Shown piece after piece: positions 63,863 to 64,000 of a stretch of 64,000 bases of DNA. The DNA is taken from positions 10,905 to 74,904 of the forward strand of contig JAQUVE010000001.1 of the NCBI GenBank assembly GCA_028693565.1. Direction: 5' to 3'. The position numbers and the translations under genes are program-made. Position 1 is the stretch's first letter. Every line of letters starts with the position of its first letter. This DNA comes from Sulfurospirillaceae bacterium. GTDB taxonomy: Bacteria; Campylobacterota; Campylobacteria; Campylobacterales; Sulfurospirillaceae. The notes under the pieces were generated by a model that saw only the letters and a list, made by a program, of their open reading frames with translations, was not told the origin of the DNA and made no database searches.

Positions 63863-64000
63863 CTATCTATCGATTTCGCCAAAGACGATATTTGCGTTAC
63901 CAATAATCGCAACAACGTCGGCAAGATATTCACCTACCAACAACTCTTGTAAAAAAGCTGTATGAAAGAAACTTGGTGTGCGAAGTTTTACTCTATAAGG
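63863..64000 (-). CDS. nuoD: NADH-quinone oxidoreductase subunit D, C-terminal part (runs off the window end)
   Basis: Manual translation gives [45 protein letters not shown], the canonical NuoD C-terminus. Confidence 0.95.
   Translation of the reverse strand, partial: PYRVKLRTPSFFHTAFLQELLVGEYLADVVAIIGNANIVFGEIDR

Noticed and set aside
1-64000. CRISPR arrays, tRNA/rRNA genes, prophage, defence or toxin-antitoxin systems
   Set aside because: All intergenic gaps are under about 160 bp with no repeat-spacer pattern or cloverleaf, and no ORF carries the relevant motifs.

Overview
This is an AT-rich, gene-dense core-chromosome segment from a Campylobacterota (epsilonproteobacterial) bacterium. 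The proteins and gene content suggest a free-living Sulfurospirillum-like organism, which is my inference. The window holds about 68 CDS: a partial hemerythrin, metF, cheV-cheA-cheW, argC, greA, lipid A genes (lpxH-like, lpxB, lpxA, fabZ), surE, tcdA, carB, mreBC, clpX, queH, bcp, ilvE, hisIE, purF, dapB, trxAB, hom, rRNA/tRNA modification genes, rpmE, moaA, a divergent moeA, an Aer-type PAS plus MCP pair, a probable flgX and pflA, and nuoD(partial) to nuoN of an epsilon-type complex I lacking true NuoE/F. I found no rRNA, tRNA, CRISPR array, IS element, integrase or phage gene. Most gene order matches the Campylobacter backbone as I recall it, and the main accessory block is at 9.8-13.1 kb. 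I saw no obviously new multi-gene system. The four best leads are: (1) a perfect ATTAAC-N4-GTTAAT palindrome written into the last codons and stop of a Crp/Fnr gene, centred at -41.5 of an ATGACA-17bp-TATAAT promoter in front of a GNAT-GNAT-hypothetical operon; (2) the 283-aa NuoF-substitute, which aligns collinearly with the C-terminal half of the adjacent NuoG; (3) an apparently leaderless pflA promoter bracketed by a perfect 10-bp inverted repeat; (4) a MoeA paralogue with substituted catalytic motifs. All alignments and counts were done by eye, and no database searches were run.
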